Of a stretch of DNA of 64,000 nt, positions 62,967 to 64,000 are shown piece by piece. The notes below the pieces were generated by a model. That model did no database searches. It was not told where the DNA came from and saw only the letters and a program-made list of their open reading frames with translations. Numbering within the stretch: the stretch's first letter is position 1; every line of letters starts with the position of its first letter. This DNA is from Spongospora subterranea f. sp. subterranea (Eukaryota), in contig JAUGWO010000034.1 of the NCBI GenBank assembly GCA_049724395.1, forward strand, positions 1 to 64,000, in the 5' to 3' direction. Both the position numbers and the translations under genes were made by a program.

Positions 62967-63859
62967 CTGTGTCTGGATTGTTCGACGAAACCGCACAGCG
63001 TTCTCTGAAATAATGAAGGCTGGCTGCTTTCCTCGCAATAAATTAAGTCCGAGGCTGGGAGGCGTCCTTAGCCGTCTTATGACTCTTATCTTATGATTTC
63101 TACACTGACCGAATCAAGGGGGCCGACCAATCGCGCCACCTTGGTAACATTTCTTGAGGAACGGAGATACAGCTGGATCGACGTGTCCCGGCTTGATTTT
63201 TGACGATTATGATGTTTGGATTTGTTTTGTCATCTAGATTAGGCGACATGTACATAGTACGACAATTAAAGCATCGAAATTCTATCTGGGAAACTTGTGC
63301 TGAAATCAGCCGCAATTTACACGCAGATTCTGTTATATCCAAATGGATAGTAAATGATCATATTTTATTTTGGCCAACATTATATCAGTTGGCTGAAAAC
63401 TGCCGTTTTTGACATCGCATAAAAGAAGTAACCCCGATTGTTCATGTTTTCAATAGCATCGTCGCCTCCATAACCTTTCGAAGCATGACCAAATACGTCT
63501 GCTTGTGTTGACTTCATCCCAGGTTTATTCCCATGCCTTTTTTATGAATCTAATAGGAAGGTTGCAACACCTGGAGAAATTTTTGTGTTAAATCCCAAAA
63601 GTACGCTAGGATTGCATATGCAGTGATATTGGTAAAACCTTGGATGCATTTGAAACCAATGTCCAATTCACTTTCGCAGAGCCGAAAAATCTTAACGTAT
63701 ATGGACGTTACGTGACTGTACAGTAGAGATGTTTATACCTACAACATTGTAGTGTAGCGCCATGGACAAAGGAGTGGACTACCACGGACTTGATAGCGGA
63801 CATCACCGTTGCTGTTGATTCTCATTGATTCTCATTGGGTGCTTTCGAGTCTCGAATCG

Positions 63860-64000
63860 ATGCTGTGCGCTTTGAGTGGGGAGATCACCCGCGACCCAGT
63901 CGTTAGCACCAAATCAGGACATGTGTTTGAACGACAGCTTCTGGCGAAATACATCGAGCGCAATCCGGAGGACCCGGTATCACATGAGCCCATGACCATG
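63860..64000 (+). CDS. PRP19: Pre-mRNA processing factor 19, N-terminal U-box (runs off the window)
   Basis: My translation: MLCALSGEITRDPVVSTKSGHVFERQLLAKYIERNPEDPVSHEPMTM. Confidence 0.92.
   Translation, partial: MLCALSGEITRDPVVSTKSGHVFERQLLAKYIERNPEDPVSHEPMTM

Noticed and set aside
63100..63460. Small CxxC-containing ORF as a zinc-ribbon gene
   Set aside because: Single CxxC, no recognisable family, start unclear

Overview
Compact, intron-containing eukaryotic DNA, not prokaryotic: short GT-AG introns were traced in several genes. The gene content would fit a flagellated protist such as a plasmodiophorid, but that is an inference. The left half (1-~32 kb) is rich in repeats and transposon remnants: a foldback-like structure with long inverted arms carrying 44-bp repeats around a decayed chromodomain Ty3/gypsy element, 98-bp and 51-bp tandem arrays, a scrambled PIF/Harbinger element, a Ty1/copia fragment and a diverged ~1.1-kb duplication. 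It also holds a large GATC-rich orphan gene. The right half is gene-dense: C2H2 zinc finger, UBL-UBA-UBR box-PUL protein, two-repeat CNG-type channel, PA-like 7TM protein, TreT-like GT4, Ap4A phosphorylase, mitochondrial phosphate carrier, cold-shock protein, DM13 protein, TspO-like protein, RhoGEF-PH, GAR1, CCDC47 and the start of PRP19. No CRISPR array, rRNA or tRNA was recognised. All domain calls are by-eye motif recognition and boundaries are approximate unless stated.
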